A program made the position numbers and the translations under genes. DNA of 63,890 bases, counting the filler. It is 10 parts of 10 records of this genome, joined end to end, with 100 filler letters (N's around TTAATTAATTAA, not from the genome) between each part and the next. Parts side by side here need not be neighbours in the genome. Positions count along the whole stretch, not along the records: positions 27,828 to 34,687 come from SRR15195285_1443; positions 34,788 to 39,920 come from SRR15195285_1444; positions 40,021 to 55,420 come from SRR15195285_1445; 7 more parts are not named here. The stretch is one strand, 5' to 3'. Numbering within the stretch: position 1 is the first letter of the stretch; each line of letters starts with the position of its first letter. The notes under the pieces are model-generated. The model ran no database searches and was not told the origin of the DNA. It worked only from the letters and a program-made list of their open reading frames with translations. Below are positions 33,678 through 45,505 of this stretch, piece after piece.

Positions 33678-34565
33678 TTAACGATCGCCGCCCTCTGCAG
33701 CGGCCGCCGCTTCGGCCGCCGCTTCGGCTAGCTCGGCGGCTAGCTCGGCTGCCTCGAGAGCCCTTTGCTCCTCCGCCCTCGCAGCCGCCCAGTTGTTTGC
33801 CGTCTCGAGGAAGGCGTCGTACGGATCGAGGACCAAGTGCCCGTCTTTCTTGTAGAGCTCCTCGCGCAAAACTTTCACGATTTCATCGCGCCGGCTCGAT
33901 CTCGTCACGGCCAGCCCGAGCGCCTGAGCCCATTCCCTCAACTCCTTCGTCCGTAGCCTGCGCAGCTTGGCCTCGATGCCGGAGCCACCGGCGCCGTCGG
34001 CGCCCGCACGATCGGCGCAGCGACGCACTCTGCACGGTGACCAGTGACGGTGTCCGAAGCCCGTGCAGCCGAGCGGATCTGCTGATTCTGGTTCCGAATC
34101 CTCGCCCATGCATGCGTAGCCGTGCCGATCGGAGTCGCGATGGATCCACCAGCCGTAGGCATCGTCCTCCACGTAGCGGAGCGTGCTTGTGCCACTCGCC
34201 TTGACCCATACCGATCGGTCCCCATGCACCACTCCGTCCTCCATCCAGTACAGTCCTAGCGCCCAGTCCGCGCATGTCTCCTCCTGGTTCCGCGCGCTGA
34301 GCGAACGGCCCGCTTGGTACACCTCCACGCACTCAGGAGTCGAGGCCGAAGGCGCATACGGCGGCAGGTCGTCCGGCTCGCGTCGCTCGAGCGGAATCTG
34401 CTGGTGCGGCGCGATTTCCGCGCGGTAGCCCGAGTGGACCTTCCGCAGCTCCGAGGTCTGATGCGTGGCATGGCGCTTGACCGGATTGAACTCGCGCCAC
34501 TGCCCCACCTTAAACGATCCCGATGTCCCTGCGAACATCACCAGAGCGCCCATCGCGCGCCGCAT
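33678..34565 (-). CDS. Hypothetical protein with a C-terminal SAP/HeH/Rho-N-like helical motif
   Basis: ORF of about 295 codons. LRRLRTKELREWAQALGL...RRDEIVKVL resembles a helix-extension-helix nucleic-acid-binding motif; an aromatic-rich middle domain (GLYW...G..VWVK...LRY...WWI) precedes it. Confidence 0.55.
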   Translation of the reverse strand: MRRAMGALVMFAGTSGSFKVGQWREFNPVKRHATHQTSELRKVHSGYRAEIAPHQQIPLERREPDDLPPYAPSASTPECVEVYQAGRSLSARNQEETCADWALGLYWMEDGVVHGDRSVWVKASGTSTLRYVEDDAYGWWIHRDSDRHGYACMGEDSEPESADPLGCTGFGHRHWSPCRVRRCADRAGADGAGGSGIEAKLRRLRTKELREWAQALGLAVTRSSRRDEIVKVLREELYKKDGHLVLDPYDAFLETANNWAAARAEEQRALEAAELAAELAEAAAEAAAAAEGGDR

Positions 34566-34687
34566 CACAGACCTTCAGCACGCAGTAGTATGGCTGGCGG
34601 CGCCGTCAGCCCTTACTCAGCCGTTACTCAGTCGTGAAAGCTCAGCGCGAAAAGTCCGCTTTTTCGCCCCGGTCAATAGTATGGGAG

Positions 34688-34787
34688 NNNNNNNNNNNNN
34701 NNNNNNNNNNNNNNNNNNNNNNNNNNNNNNNTTAATTAATTAANNNNNNNNNNNNNNNNNNNNNNNNNNNNNNNNNNNNNNNNNNNN
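34688..34787. other. Artificial contig-joining linker
   Basis: N44-TTAATTAATTAA-N44. Confidence 0.99.
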
Positions 34788-35363
34788 TCGCATACGCTAC
34801 CCGTCGCCAGCGAGCTCCAGGTTCTAGCACACGGGCCCGATTTCCACCACGGTACCCACCAGCCACCACCAGCGAGACCTAGCTCCCACTCCTAACACAC
34901 AACTCCAGCTACTAGCCTAAGGGTCCGATTCCGCACACAGTACTATTAGTACATAGAACATAGTAGTGTACACTCAGTCAATTTGCATTGTTTTGACTCT
35001 TCTCGTCTTCTGTGTTCTTCATCTGAGCACTGAATTCTCGCCCAAAAGCCTGCGAGAATTGGGCCTAATCCTACTAGCTACAGTAGTATCCCGGATAATT
35101 CGGGGATTTCTCCTGGAGCTGGTCGGTCGGGACTGGAGGAGCCAGAGATGATCATATATCATTATCAATCGTATTCAACCTGCACCCCCGTCCCAACGGC
35201 GGCCTCAATGCATGCCTCCCCAAAATTGAGGGTCCACGATCCTGGCTGCGGCTCCACAGCAGAGCGGCGGCTGAGACAACGCTTACTGTACGCTGGGATT
35301 GCTGTTGTTCAGGGGTGTGTACACCTGACAGCCGCTGTGCACATACAGAAGGCTGGGCGCTGG

Positions 35364-36605
35364 ATGGCCGAGGCCGAGGCTGCGCAGCAGGCGCGGCTGA
35401 AGGCGGAGGCGGCAGACCTGGTCGTGCCAGTAACAGCGCTGACCAAGGCTGGCTGGCTCGAGGTGTATCGCTCGGCGCCCGGCGTGACTGCCGAGTGGGA
35501 GTACCGATGGGCCCAACTTTCGGTGGATTCATTCGTCTTGTACGAAGAAACCGAGGGCGGCGCTTTCCCAGCGCGCGGCAAGGGTACGAAAGCCAGCTGT
35601 GTCGTTGACATGGCGCGCTGCGTCGACATTCGGAACTACCCAGACACCGACGAGGTGGCGGACTCCAGCGGACTAGAGATACACCTGGATGTTGCGACAG
35701 AGCAACCGGTCACGTGGCGGATGAAGGTTGCGTGGTCCGACGACGCAGCGGATGCTCCGCTCGGGCTCAAACTTAGCGTGCGGCACGCGTGGCGCGAGGC
35801 ACTCGCCGTGGCGTGCGAGGAGGCGCAGTCGTGGTTCAAGAGTGGCGATGCTGTAATCGTGAAGCAGCCAGGCCGAGGTGGGCAGTACGTTCCTGCAGTA
35901 GCGCACAAGTTCAACGGCGACGGAACGTGTAGTGTCCGGTACGCTTTGGAGTGCGAACAGGAGGTCGATCGGACAGGCGCCGTCAGCGAGGAGGAGGGCG
36001 CGCTAGACCAGCAAGGCACAGCAGCCGAAGATGTCGGAACGATCGTTGTGGATTGCATGTGCGTTAGGCCGAACGACCTAAGGCAGCTGCTCAAGGCAAC
36101 TCCATCGGATCAGATTGCCGATCTCATTGCTGACTTCTTCGAGTCATCGGCTTCTTCCAGCGCCAGATCGGATGATGATGGACGCCACAGCCCAGCGAGC
36201 CCAGGCGGTGCGGACATGAGCAGCAGTGCGGAGTCGGTCGAGCGGCGACTGGTCAAGTTCTTTGCTCCGTTCGCGACAGAGCCAGTGCCTTGTCCAGCGC
36301 AGGAAGCACGGGAGATGCGAATGGCTGCGCAGCAACGTTTAGACGCAGGCGGGAGCGGCGGTGGCTTCTTTGCCCCGCTGATGGCCGATTTAGGAGCCAC
36401 AGCATCGGCAGGTGCAGCAGGCGCAGCAGTAACGGGCGATACGGCACGGGCATCGGCGCTGGCCATGGCTCCGCCGCCCATTGGTGCCGCGGCGTCGGAG
36501 CTCTCGCGACAGCTGAGTGAGACAGCTTCTGCTTCGTTCGCAGGTTTAACATCTCGCTTACGAACAGGAGTAGGTCTGGGGGGTGCGGAGGCTGGCAGGT
36601 CATAA
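35364..36605 (+). CDS. PH domain + Tudor/Agenet-like domain protein
   Basis: PH-like: KAGWLEV...WEYRWAQLS...FVLY...VDM..C...AWREAL. Tudor/SH3-like: FKSGDAVIVK...YVPAV...DGTCSVRY. Confidence 0.7.
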   Translation: MAEAEAAQQARLKAEAADLVVPVTALTKAGWLEVYRSAPGVTAEWEYRWAQLSVDSFVLYEETEGGAFPARGKGTKASCVVDMARCVDIRNYPDTDEVADSSGLEIHLDVATEQPVTWRMKVAWSDDAADAPLGLKLSVRHAWREALAVACEEAQSWFKSGDAVIVKQPGRGGQYVPAVAHKFNGDGTCSVRYALECEQEVDRTGAVSEEEGALDQQGTAAEDVGTIVVDCMCVRPNDLRQLLKATPSDQIADLIADFFESSASSSARSDDDGRHSPASPGGADMSSSAESVERRLVKFFAPFATEPVPCPAQEAREMRMAAQQRLDAGGSGGGFFAPLMADLGATASAGAAGAAVTGDTARASALAMAPPPIGAAASELSRQLSETASASFAGLTSRLRTGVGLGGAEAGRS

Positions 36606-36698
36606 TGACAAATCGATCGCGGGAGATCGCTGTAATAAGCGTAATGGATAATGACGATGTATTTCCAAGGAGCTGGGCTCGGGTCGTTGCGCTGCTGC

Positions 36699-39153
36699 TT
36701 ATTGCTGTTTGGTGCTGCTCCTGCGCACGCGGTGCTTGGAGCTCGGGCTCGGGCTTCGACTCCCAGTCACTCTGCCAGCATCAGCTGCTGCATGGGTCTG
36801 TGTCACTACGTTGCCACGGGTTTCCGCTCCCGAGGGTGACCGTGACCCGCGGGGCAAGAATAACGCCTCCGCTGCACGAATCTCAATCATGACTATCACT
36901 CCGTTGTACCTTAAACGCCATCGTGCCCACGGGCAACGGATAAGATCAGCAATACAAGTGACACAAAAAGAAGTAGAAATGGAGAACATGAGAAACCCAC
37001 AACATGATTGTCGCTCCGCTCAGCAGCAGCACCCCATGCCTCGTTGCAAGTGCTGACAGCATGCCGGCAGCTCCCGAACCATCTGCGGCAGCTGCGGTTG
37101 CAAAACCGATCATGTTCGCAACGATAAGCAGCAACACATTCACCGCACCAAGCAATGCGATTAAGTTTGGCAGCCACCACGCTTTGTGGACTCGAGCCGC
37201 AACCATAGGTAAGGAACCAAGCCAGCCCACCAGGGCCTCTGGTACGAATGCGACAGCGGACAACCACCCCCAGACCAACAGCTGCAAGGTCATATCATGC
37301 CACAACGCGACGAACGTGAAGACGCAAAAGACATTTCGAAACCACATCAGTTGCTTCCAACTGCCACTCTCAGTGCCCTTGATGGATGTCCCGCCGCTAC
37401 CTCCTGCAGCATCAACGCACCCAAACAGCGTTCACAACGCATACAAACAGACTGCTTGTATGGGTTGTGAGGTGGCTGTTGTGTGGATGTTTGTGGAATT
37501 GGCATCAGCGCACCGAGCGGCACGTAGATGTAACGAACCAACCAACGGTTGAAACTGCAGTGCCAGCCCCTCCAAAATCCTCGAAGTGTATAATTATCTG
37601 TCATCCACCGCGACATATTCTCCTGCGGACATTCGCATCAGCATAATTGTGTTGATGATACCACCAGAAGCTGCCAAGGTAAGATGATGGCGCACCGGAG
37701 TCTCTACACCGTCTAGCAATGCCCACAGCCGAAAGAAGCGCCAGATAATCAAAAATTTAAGCCACATGAGCTTCAGCAAGACAAAGCAGAACATCATGAG
37801 CTGTAGAGGAAGAAAGTCCGAGTAGGCACCACTCCCGGCCACAGCCATTGCCGGGGCAGCGTGTGTCAGTATCTCCATCACAACGAGGCAGACGAACAAC
37901 CATGCGGCATACTTTGCAATGGCCACTGAGAAATCGAAGCATCCATATCATGTGGTGCACCATCAGAGTCTGAGCTACGGTACAGAGGCAAGCAAACGGA
38001 AACAGTCTGAATGAAGTTGCTTACGGAGGCCGTGCGCCGTCTGAGGACGAACGACTTGAGAATGAAACGCATTGAAAGGGAGAATCGGACCAGCGAGTAG
38101 TGTCGGCAGGTAGAACACATACGCGAAATAGGCCGCGAAAGAAAACGCCGCTAGTTCAGGGGAAGTTTCACACCGCTGTCGATATGACAGCGGGTCACCT
38201 AGATTTCTGCTGTTGCGGCTGTGATGGTCGCTGAGCTGTGCTTGGGTCGCCCAGCGGTAGTCAAAACTGAACGCAATCATTCGGAGCAGTGAAACCCCAG
38301 AATAGACCCACCACCTAGGCGCCATTCCACCCCATATGGTGTCTAGCTGCGTTCCAAACGGTTCCGGTAGCCATACCTCCCATTTGTAGAGCTCGTTACC
38401 GTACCACTCTCCAATGCACATGAAACTCACCGCGAATGTCCACGGCACAACCCACCCTAGCGGAGAGGCAGCGGACCAACGGGCAAACAAGTAGTTGAGT
38501 GCCGCTGCTATGATTAAAAACAGCGCACCGCCAGATCCGTGCACGACGAGAATGAACGCGACCCCGGCGACGCAATAAAGTCCCATGGACGGCGCAGTGT
38601 TCCTTGGCATGCGGCGCATGGATCGGAGGCCGGCGCTAAGTGCGAGGAACACCACCGCAACTGCGCAGAGTAGCGGGAGCTGCTCGCGGAAGAACGACCA
38701 TTGAGCATCAGAACGATCGACGAAACGAAAGTCAAAGGCACTGCGGATCAAATTGGAGCCACCTGACAGGCGCGCTGTACAGTTGCGGTTCTTGCTGCAG
38801 CCGATGCGCAGGCTGGAGGCTGTGTCACTGAATACAAACGCCATCACCCACAGAATCCAGAAGTATTGTAGCAGAAACTCCGGCGCTCGGAGACGCTGTC
38901 CTACCATGCCACTTGGACCACCAAAGCTGCCTTTCGCACACAGTGTGCACAGCGTGCCAAGGCATATGGCAACGCCGGCGCTGTGGGCAACGCTGAGCGA
39001 GCCCAGGGATACGGCTCCCAGGGTCACAGTAGTGCCAGCACAATACAGCGCCAGACTGAACAAACGCCAACGGTCGACCGGCAGCACCCACAAGCTGGTC
39101 GCGGCGGCTCCAGCGCTCGGTAGCGACAAGGCAGTGCACACAATGCCAGCCAT
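36699..39153 (-). CDS. GUP1: MBOAT-family O-acyltransferase, GUP1/HHAT-like; introns 38024-37926, 37695-37623, 37513-37404 and one near 37000-36911
   Basis: [101 protein letters not shown] (catalytic His), MIEIRAAE. All are joined by phase-compatible GT-AG introns. Confidence 0.93.
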
Positions 39154-39920
39154 CGCTTTATGAGCTTGTGCGGCGTTTCATTGCGTGCGTGTGGATGAGC
39201 CTTGAGCGCGTACTAGATACCGGTATAGTATTTAATTTGTACGCGTGCGTGCGGCGCGCGGCGCTCCGTCCGCGCCGGCGCGCCGCCGCGCGCGCGGCGC
39301 CGGCCGCCGCGGCGTGAGTGCGGCGCGCCTTTGCGGGAATGAACCGGCGGCGCGGAACCGAACTTCGAGTCGGCATGGTGTGTGTGGCAATCTGAAATCA
39401 GTTCGGTCGATTCCAGGGGATTCGGACGGCCGGGTGAGGACCCCGCGCGAGCTCCGCGGCCGCCCGCTGGCCCGCGGGAATTCGTCCCCACAATGCGCAA
39501 TGGAGCGAGCGGGTGAGTGGTTCTTAAAGAAGCCCCTGTGGAGCACGTCCAGAGCGGTCCATAGTGGCTACGGTCGAGGAGGGCAAAAACCCCTGTTTCG
39601 CCAGCTAAGTCACGATATCTCCCCTCTCATACATTCAATCGCCCCCAAATTTTGTGAGCGATCTGGAAATCGCCAAACTTAGGTATTCAATGTACCAAAT
39701 TGCGCGAGTTAAGAATTGGATCTCAACCTGGGCACTGTGATTCGACTGATCTGATCCCACCATCGCGGAGTGTGCGGTCGTCATGATATGACCGCACAGT
39801 GGCCGGCCGGCGCGCGCGCGCCGGTCATGCACGCGCGCGTGCTTGTGGTGCGCCGGCGTGGCCCGAGCCCCTTCACTTGGCAGTGGGAACAGGCATAGGC
39901 AGGCAGGCAGGCAGGCAGGC

Positions 39921-40020
39921 NNNNNNNNNNNNNNNNNNNNNNNNNNNNNNNNNNNNNNNNNNNNTTAATTAATTAANNNNNNNNNNNNNNNNNNNNNNNN
40001 NNNNNNNNNNNNNNNNNNNN
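39921..40020. other. Artificial contig-joining linker
   Basis: N44-TTAATTAATTAA-N44, flanked by (GGCA)n and (GGAC)n microsatellites. Confidence 0.99.
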
Positions 40021-40188
40021 CGGACGGACGGATCGACGCATTGGTAGGACGCATTGGTAGGTAGAGAGGGACAGGTGCTGATGCGATGGCGAGACAGGCT
40101 GGTGCTCTCCCACTGACGGTGCTGCTGCTGGCCGTACGAGGCTACGATACAGGCGGGTCGATGGAGTGATAGAAAGGGTGCAGCTGCG

Positions 40189-43023
40189 ATGTCAGAGGCA
40201 GCCGAGCTGAGGCAGCGCCGACAGGCGCGGAGAGCAGCCCGAACGACCGAAGCTGCTGCGAACAACCGCACCTCTGATGCGTCCGTGGCGCGAACAACTA
40301 CAGTGCCCACGGCGGGTGACGAGCCGACACCGTCCATGGCTGCGGACCTGCGCGCACGGCGCGAAGCGAGGAGGGCGGTTCCCGGAGGCACGGCCTCGCA
40401 TGATGCGTGGGCACTATCTCAAGGGGTACCGCAGACCATGCTTACACGTTTCAGAGAGACCGAAGGCGCTGCAAATCCGGATTATGATGGGAGGCAGGCA
40501 GACCGGTTTCCGGTCGAAGCAGGTACCGACGCCGTGGTGCCGCTTGCACTCACATCTGCCCGCCCGCAAAGCCAGTGGAAACAGCCGCTGCTTGAGCACG
40601 TGCGGGCGCCCGACAATCAAATCGTGGCCGTGCCGCGCGAGAACTGGGTGCACGGTGGGTATGCGCGAGAGCCAGCGAGCGACACGGCTGCGACACCGAT
40701 GGCCGATACGCTACGTGACCGCCGCGAACAGCGAAAGACGGAGAGGATAGTGGCGCGACACGAGGCGCAGAAAGAGATGAACCGGGCCTTAGAGGAACGC
40801 GCGAAGGAAGAGCGGCTAGCTGAACTTCGTCAGATGGAGCGGCAGCTGCAAGCCCGCATGGAAGAAGCCCAGCAACAGCTCGACGAAGCGCAAGCCCTGT
40901 CTCGAGGGGCGAAGGCCCAGGTCGACTCACAAGCCCCTGCATCGCACAAACGGCAGATTGACATGCACAAAGATGGAAAGAAGAACCTCAAAAAGGATAC
41001 TCTGAAGATCAAAGAAAAGCGGGCCAAGGAGCGCGAGCGGATTCTCACGCAGCCTGCCGAAGTCGACACTCGTCCCTCCGCGGCAGCGGCGGTCCAGCGC
41101 CGGCTCGCACAGACTGCGCCGCGCCGTGTTCAAATGCGGGGTGGGCAGTTGGACGGTTCCGGCTGGCGCAAAGACGCCCTAGTGCTGAAACATGAGAAGT
41201 TTCTCGCTGCGGCGAGGGCTGGCAAGCGCCCTGGCGTCGATGCTGGCGACCGTGGTGGGACAAAGCGATCCTGGCTCAACTGGGAAGGCGCTGGAAAGGG
41301 TGGCCGCGCACTGGCCGTGCAGCAGAAGTTCGCGCGAAAGCGACCGACTCTGCGGGTTCTTGCGCGCTTGCGCCGAGAGGCAGAGGCTAAGGCACATGCG
41401 GAGGTTGGCATGGCTGCACAACAGAGACGGCGCGAGGGAGGAGGCATAGTGCCGCGGCGGCTGAGCCTTCGACCGTCGGCTGGATACCGAGCAGGCTACC
41501 ACGAGCACTCCGAGCGTGGAAAGAATCCGACAGTCATATCCCCTTGGGACGCCGGCCATAGACAGAATGTCCACGACCGCAAGCTGGCAGAGGTTCAACC
41601 ACGAATAACGATGCAGCTCGACGAACCTGTCGCGCGTATTCGAACAAGCCTGGCGAGCGATGCCGCTGCAGCACTAAGGCAATCAACCGGCAGCAACTGG
41701 GAGGCCGAGGCTCGTATACGGGATGAAAAGCATCGCAGACCGTTTGCTCGCACCCCTTCGTCGGTCAACGTTGCAAAAACATTGCACGTCAGGCGCGTCC
41801 AGCGTGCAGTGAAGGAAGTAGATGCCGGTGGTCCGCAGGATAAGTCGCATGCAAAGCTGGTCAAGATGGCGAAGGAACCAGGCAGGGCAGGTTGGCAGGC
41901 GGCAGCGACGGCTCCGGGAGCGCAGGGACCTCTGGAGGGGCGGACGGTGGCAGCAGTAGCAGAGCGAGCGTACTGGCATCGACTACGGATAGACCAGGCG
42001 CGAGCGGGGAGAGATAACCGTCAGTCTCTGTTTGGACCCAACGCGCCTGCGTTCAAGGTGGCCGTCTCCAAGAAGCCGGCACGAAGTGCAGAAGAGACGA
42101 CGGCAGCGAAACAGACAGAAGAGGAGCTGCGCCGACAGCAAGAATTCGGTTGGGTTGCGCCTGTTCCGACCGCGGAGACACTGCGGCGTACGAGCACCGG
42201 TTTGTTTCCCAAAGCTGCTGCGGGCGGAACACCGCTGCAAGATACACCATTAGCGAAAACCAGACGCAACACGAAGACGAAGTACCCCGCACTGTATGAA
42301 AGAGATCCAGGTACTGCAGGAAACAATGCGACGGAAAGGCCTGGGTGGGCTGGCGCGGCGACTGGTGGGCCGCGTGACCAGTGTCCGCCTGGCTCACACA
42401 GGCGGATGAAGGGTGTTTACCTGGATCCAGAAAACCTGTCAGCTCACATGAAGCGCCACCGAAAACGGGTTGCGTCTGCGCGCCAGAACGGGACCGCTGC
42501 CTTACGAGAAGGCCTGGACGGCACTAAAGGAGCGGCATGGCGACTCAAAGAAAACCGGAATCGTTGGAGGCAGCAGCGAATGCGGCAGCAGCGCGTGTTT
42601 GAGGCAACCGCAGCTACACGGGCGAGGAAGATACCGAAATCGCTTGGAGGCGGCGGCGAGACTGGGGTGATGAATCCACGTGAACAGCAGCCCCCGCCCT
42701 CGAAGTGGAGCGCTGCAGCACGCGAGCTTGCATCGCATCGCATGCGCGTGGCGGAACTTTTGTCGCAGGAGGACGAAAGCGATAACGAGGCACTGACAGC
42801 AAGTCAAGTGCCGGTTGTCAGAGAAGTGAAGGAAGAGGCTGCACTTGCGGTCGGTGTGTACCCAATTGGCGTTGGCGAGGTACTCAGCGCTGCTGCTGAG
42901 GGGGGCAGCGCGTCCGGCAGTGAGGATGAGGAGGTGGAAAGGCTGCTGCTGAAATACGCAGCTGCGTCCGCAGGCTGGCACTCCAGCGACGATGAAAATG
43001 ACGAGACACGGGCCAATCACTGA
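40189..43023 (+). CDS. Large basic coiled-coil/low-complexity protein, possibly cilium- or cytoskeleton-associated
   Basis: Uninterrupted 944-codon ORF with a long coiled coil and recurring H-x-x-R/K-[LVI] helical motifs (HDRKLAEVQPRI, HVRRVQRAVKEVD, HRLRID, HRKRVASA, HRMRVAE). Confidence 0.7.
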   Translation: MSEAAELRQRRQARRAARTTEAAANNRTSDASVARTTTVPTAGDEPTPSMAADLRARREARRAVPGGTASHDAWALSQGVPQTMLTRFRETEGAANPDYDGRQADRFPVEAGTDAVVPLALTSARPQSQWKQPLLEHVRAPDNQIVAVPRENWVHGGYAREPASDTAATPMADTLRDRREQRKTERIVARHEAQKEMNRALEERAKEERLAELRQMERQLQARMEEAQQQLDEAQALSRGAKAQVDSQAPASHKRQIDMHKDGKKNLKKDTLKIKEKRAKERERILTQPAEVDTRPSAAAAVQRRLAQTAPRRVQMRGGQLDGSGWRKDALVLKHEKFLAAARAGKRPGVDAGDRGGTKRSWLNWEGAGKGGRALAVQQKFARKRPTLRVLARLRREAEAKAHAEVGMAAQQRRREGGGIVPRRLSLRPSAGYRAGYHEHSERGKNPTVISPWDAGHRQNVHDRKLAEVQPRITMQLDEPVARIRTSLASDAAAALRQSTGSNWEAEARIRDEKHRRPFARTPSSVNVAKTLHVRRVQRAVKEVDAGGPQDKSHAKLVKMAKEPGRAGWQAAATAPGAQGPLEGRTVAAVAERAYWHRLRIDQARAGRDNRQSLFGPNAPAFKVAVSKKPARSAEETTAAKQTEEELRRQQEFGWVAPVPTAETLRRTSTGLFPKAAAGGTPLQDTPLAKTRRNTKTKYPALYERDPGTAGNNATERPGWAGAATGGPRDQCPPGSHRRMKGVYLDPENLSAHMKRHRKRVASARQNGTAALREGLDGTKGAAWRLKENRNRWRQQRMRQQRVFEATAATRARKIPKSLGGGGETGVMNPREQQPPPSKWSAAARELASHRMRVAELLSQEDESDNEALTASQVPVVREVKEEAALAVGVYPIGVGEVLSAAAEGGSASGSEDEEVERLLLKYAAASAGWHSSDDENDETRANH

Positions 43024-43449
43024 GTATGGTGAACAAAGCTACCTGTATCGACAACTGCACTGTAGCCTGTCAGATTATCCATCGAGATACCACCAATGGC
43101 ACGGCACATTATTCTTGTGGTTCAAAAGATAAATTCATTCGTCTAGCTTGTGTGTTATGCAATTCGCAGTATTCGAATACTAGCGAAGGCGTTGGCGCTT
43201 TCACGTCACACGGACTGCTGCTGTGGCAGAGTAACTCTCAGACGGGGTGATCATCTCTACCCTGTATAGCGGTGTAGCATCTAGCTTAGCAGAGACAGTC
43301 CGATCAATGGTACTAGTAGGATGCCACTAGTAGGTGACATCGATGTAGACATCGATAAAGCACCTCTAGACCTAGCTGTCCTATGGTGCCACGTCAAACT
43401 ATGCCGAAGGACTTCTAACCGTAGGTCATTCTGAAGTCAAGGGCCTAGG

Positions 43450-44944
43450 CTACCTGCCCGACCGGCGTCGGCTGCTGCTGCTTGCCCACGGATGCCTGAG
43501 GGCCTCTTCTAAAGTGAGCCTGTGACGTGGGTCCTTCTCGAGCAGGCCAGTGAGGAGATCGACTAGCTCGGTAGAGACATTGCTGCCATTCGGAGCGAAA
43601 TTCACCGGATCGTTTCGGATCTTAGTGTAAGTCTCCATGAAATTTGCGCCACGCTGTAGGCGGACACGCACGCACGCGTCAACAAAACAGATACGATAAT
43701 GCACAGCAGGACGCGAGCTGAACACGAAAGGTACTGAGATCTTCACAACAGTTGACACTCACAAAAGGACACTGCCCGTAGACCATGAAGTAGAGGGTGA
43801 CCCCCACTGCCCATGTGTCCGCCATGACCCCACTGAATCCGCCGGTCTCGGCGCTCGAGGTGATGCACTCCGGCGCGTGGAACGCCGCTGTGCCAGCGGT
43901 ATCGGTGAGCGTATCCACACCACCGGGCCGTCCACTACTGCTGCGTCTGCGCTGCGGCACGAACGTAGAGGAGACGCCGAAATCCGCGAGCTTTACGGAA
44001 GGTCCACCGCGGCTCTTGTCCGACAGGCTTCTTAGTAGATTCTCTGGCTTGACATCACGGTGGAGAACTCCCGCGGAATGGCAGTACAACAGACCCTCGG
44101 CAATCGCAGTAAAATGCAAGCGCGCCTCGCGCTCCCCCAGTGGTTCCTCTGTCGGTCCGCCTTTCATCAGCGGATCACCGCACAGCTCCATGATCAGATA
44201 GATGTCGCTCTGGTCAGGGTCATCAATGACCTCATACAAATTCACCACGTGCGGACTACTGAGCCTCCCCATGATGCTGATCTCGCGGTGAAGCAGCTCT
44301 AGCGGCGTCAGCGCGCCCTTGGCGCCCGGTCTCTTCTTCGTCAGGCTGGAGCGCATCAGCATCTTCGCGGCAAACTGCCGACCATCGCGGAGGCTCTCGA
44401 CAAGCTTGACCTTGCCCTGCGCACCACGGCCGATCTTCTTGCCCATCCGGTACTCGTTGTGCTGCGTTGTGATGAGTTTACCCTCTGCGTGCTTGGTCTT
44501 CCGCATAGAGCTCGAAAACACGAAGCTCATGTCGGGAGGGAACTGGGCAAGCACCTGGCTCGGCGCACCGTTGCTCGGTTGCTTCATCAGATTGTTGCTT
44601 TGCGGCAACGGCACACGCGAGCAGTCTGAACCGGCTGGCGCACTTTGGCGGACTGGCACGCGCGGCCTGCCCACAGGCCGCGGTGGGCCGCCCCAGGGGC
44701 TCCCAGGCTGCTGCTGCGGACGAGGTCCTGGCGATCGAGACACGTGGGAGTGCTCAATCGCACCCGGCGGGGCAGACGCCCGTTGGTGCTGCCACCGGCC
44801 GCCGTCCATCCGGTGATCGGGTCCGACAAGACCCTCCTCCAGCATCTTCTGCTCCAACGCCTGGCGCTTCTGTATGACCTGCTGCTCTGACAAACCGTTG
44901 GCGCGCTTGGCGCCATCATAGCTCTTGCTCCCCGCGCAGCCCAT
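43450..44944 (-). CDS. CAMKK: Ser/Thr kinase, CaMKK-like, with N-terminal myristoylation/palmitoylation motif; intron 43762-43654
   Basis: IGRGAQGKVKL, AAK, REISIM...HVVNLYEVIDDP..DIYLIME, HRDVKPENLL, DFGVS, TAGTAAFHAPE, DTWAVGVTLYFMVYGQCPF, LLEKDPRHRL...HPW. Starts MGCAGS. Confidence 0.92.
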
Positions 44945-45505
44945 CCCAGCCTCCGCAGCCCGCCCGACAGTACTGCCGGCTCACCCACTGCGCGATCGAT
45001 GGGATGACGCCCGGGACGTTGCCCGCACTCACATGCAGCTCAGCCCATGCTCCTCACCCCTCCGCCATACCACACCCCAGCACCCCAGCACCCAGCACCC
45101 AGCACCTCACAGCCCAGCCACCTCAGCAGGCAGAGCGCAGCCAGCAGCAGCAGCGCGAGCATGCCAGCAGGCGCCCATGCCAGGCCTGGTGTATCGTCGA
45201 GGCCACCCGCCGCAGTTCCATTCACAAACTATAAATTCGTAGTATTTAATGTGATATTGAATATAGGAAGTACATGTACGAGCTGTTGGTCAGACAGCGA
45301 TCGATCATATATCGCGATCAACCCGGGCCGTTCCGCGCGCGTGGTGGTCCAGCCGTGGAGCGTGCGCGCGGCGCCGGCGGGGCGGGATCGGGGATGCACT
45401 CCAGGCATGCGACGCACACTAACTACAGTACGCGAGTCCCACGGCATATTGTTGCCGCGTGGTTCCAAGATGACAGTCACGACAAATAGCGGCGTACAGA
45501 GTACG

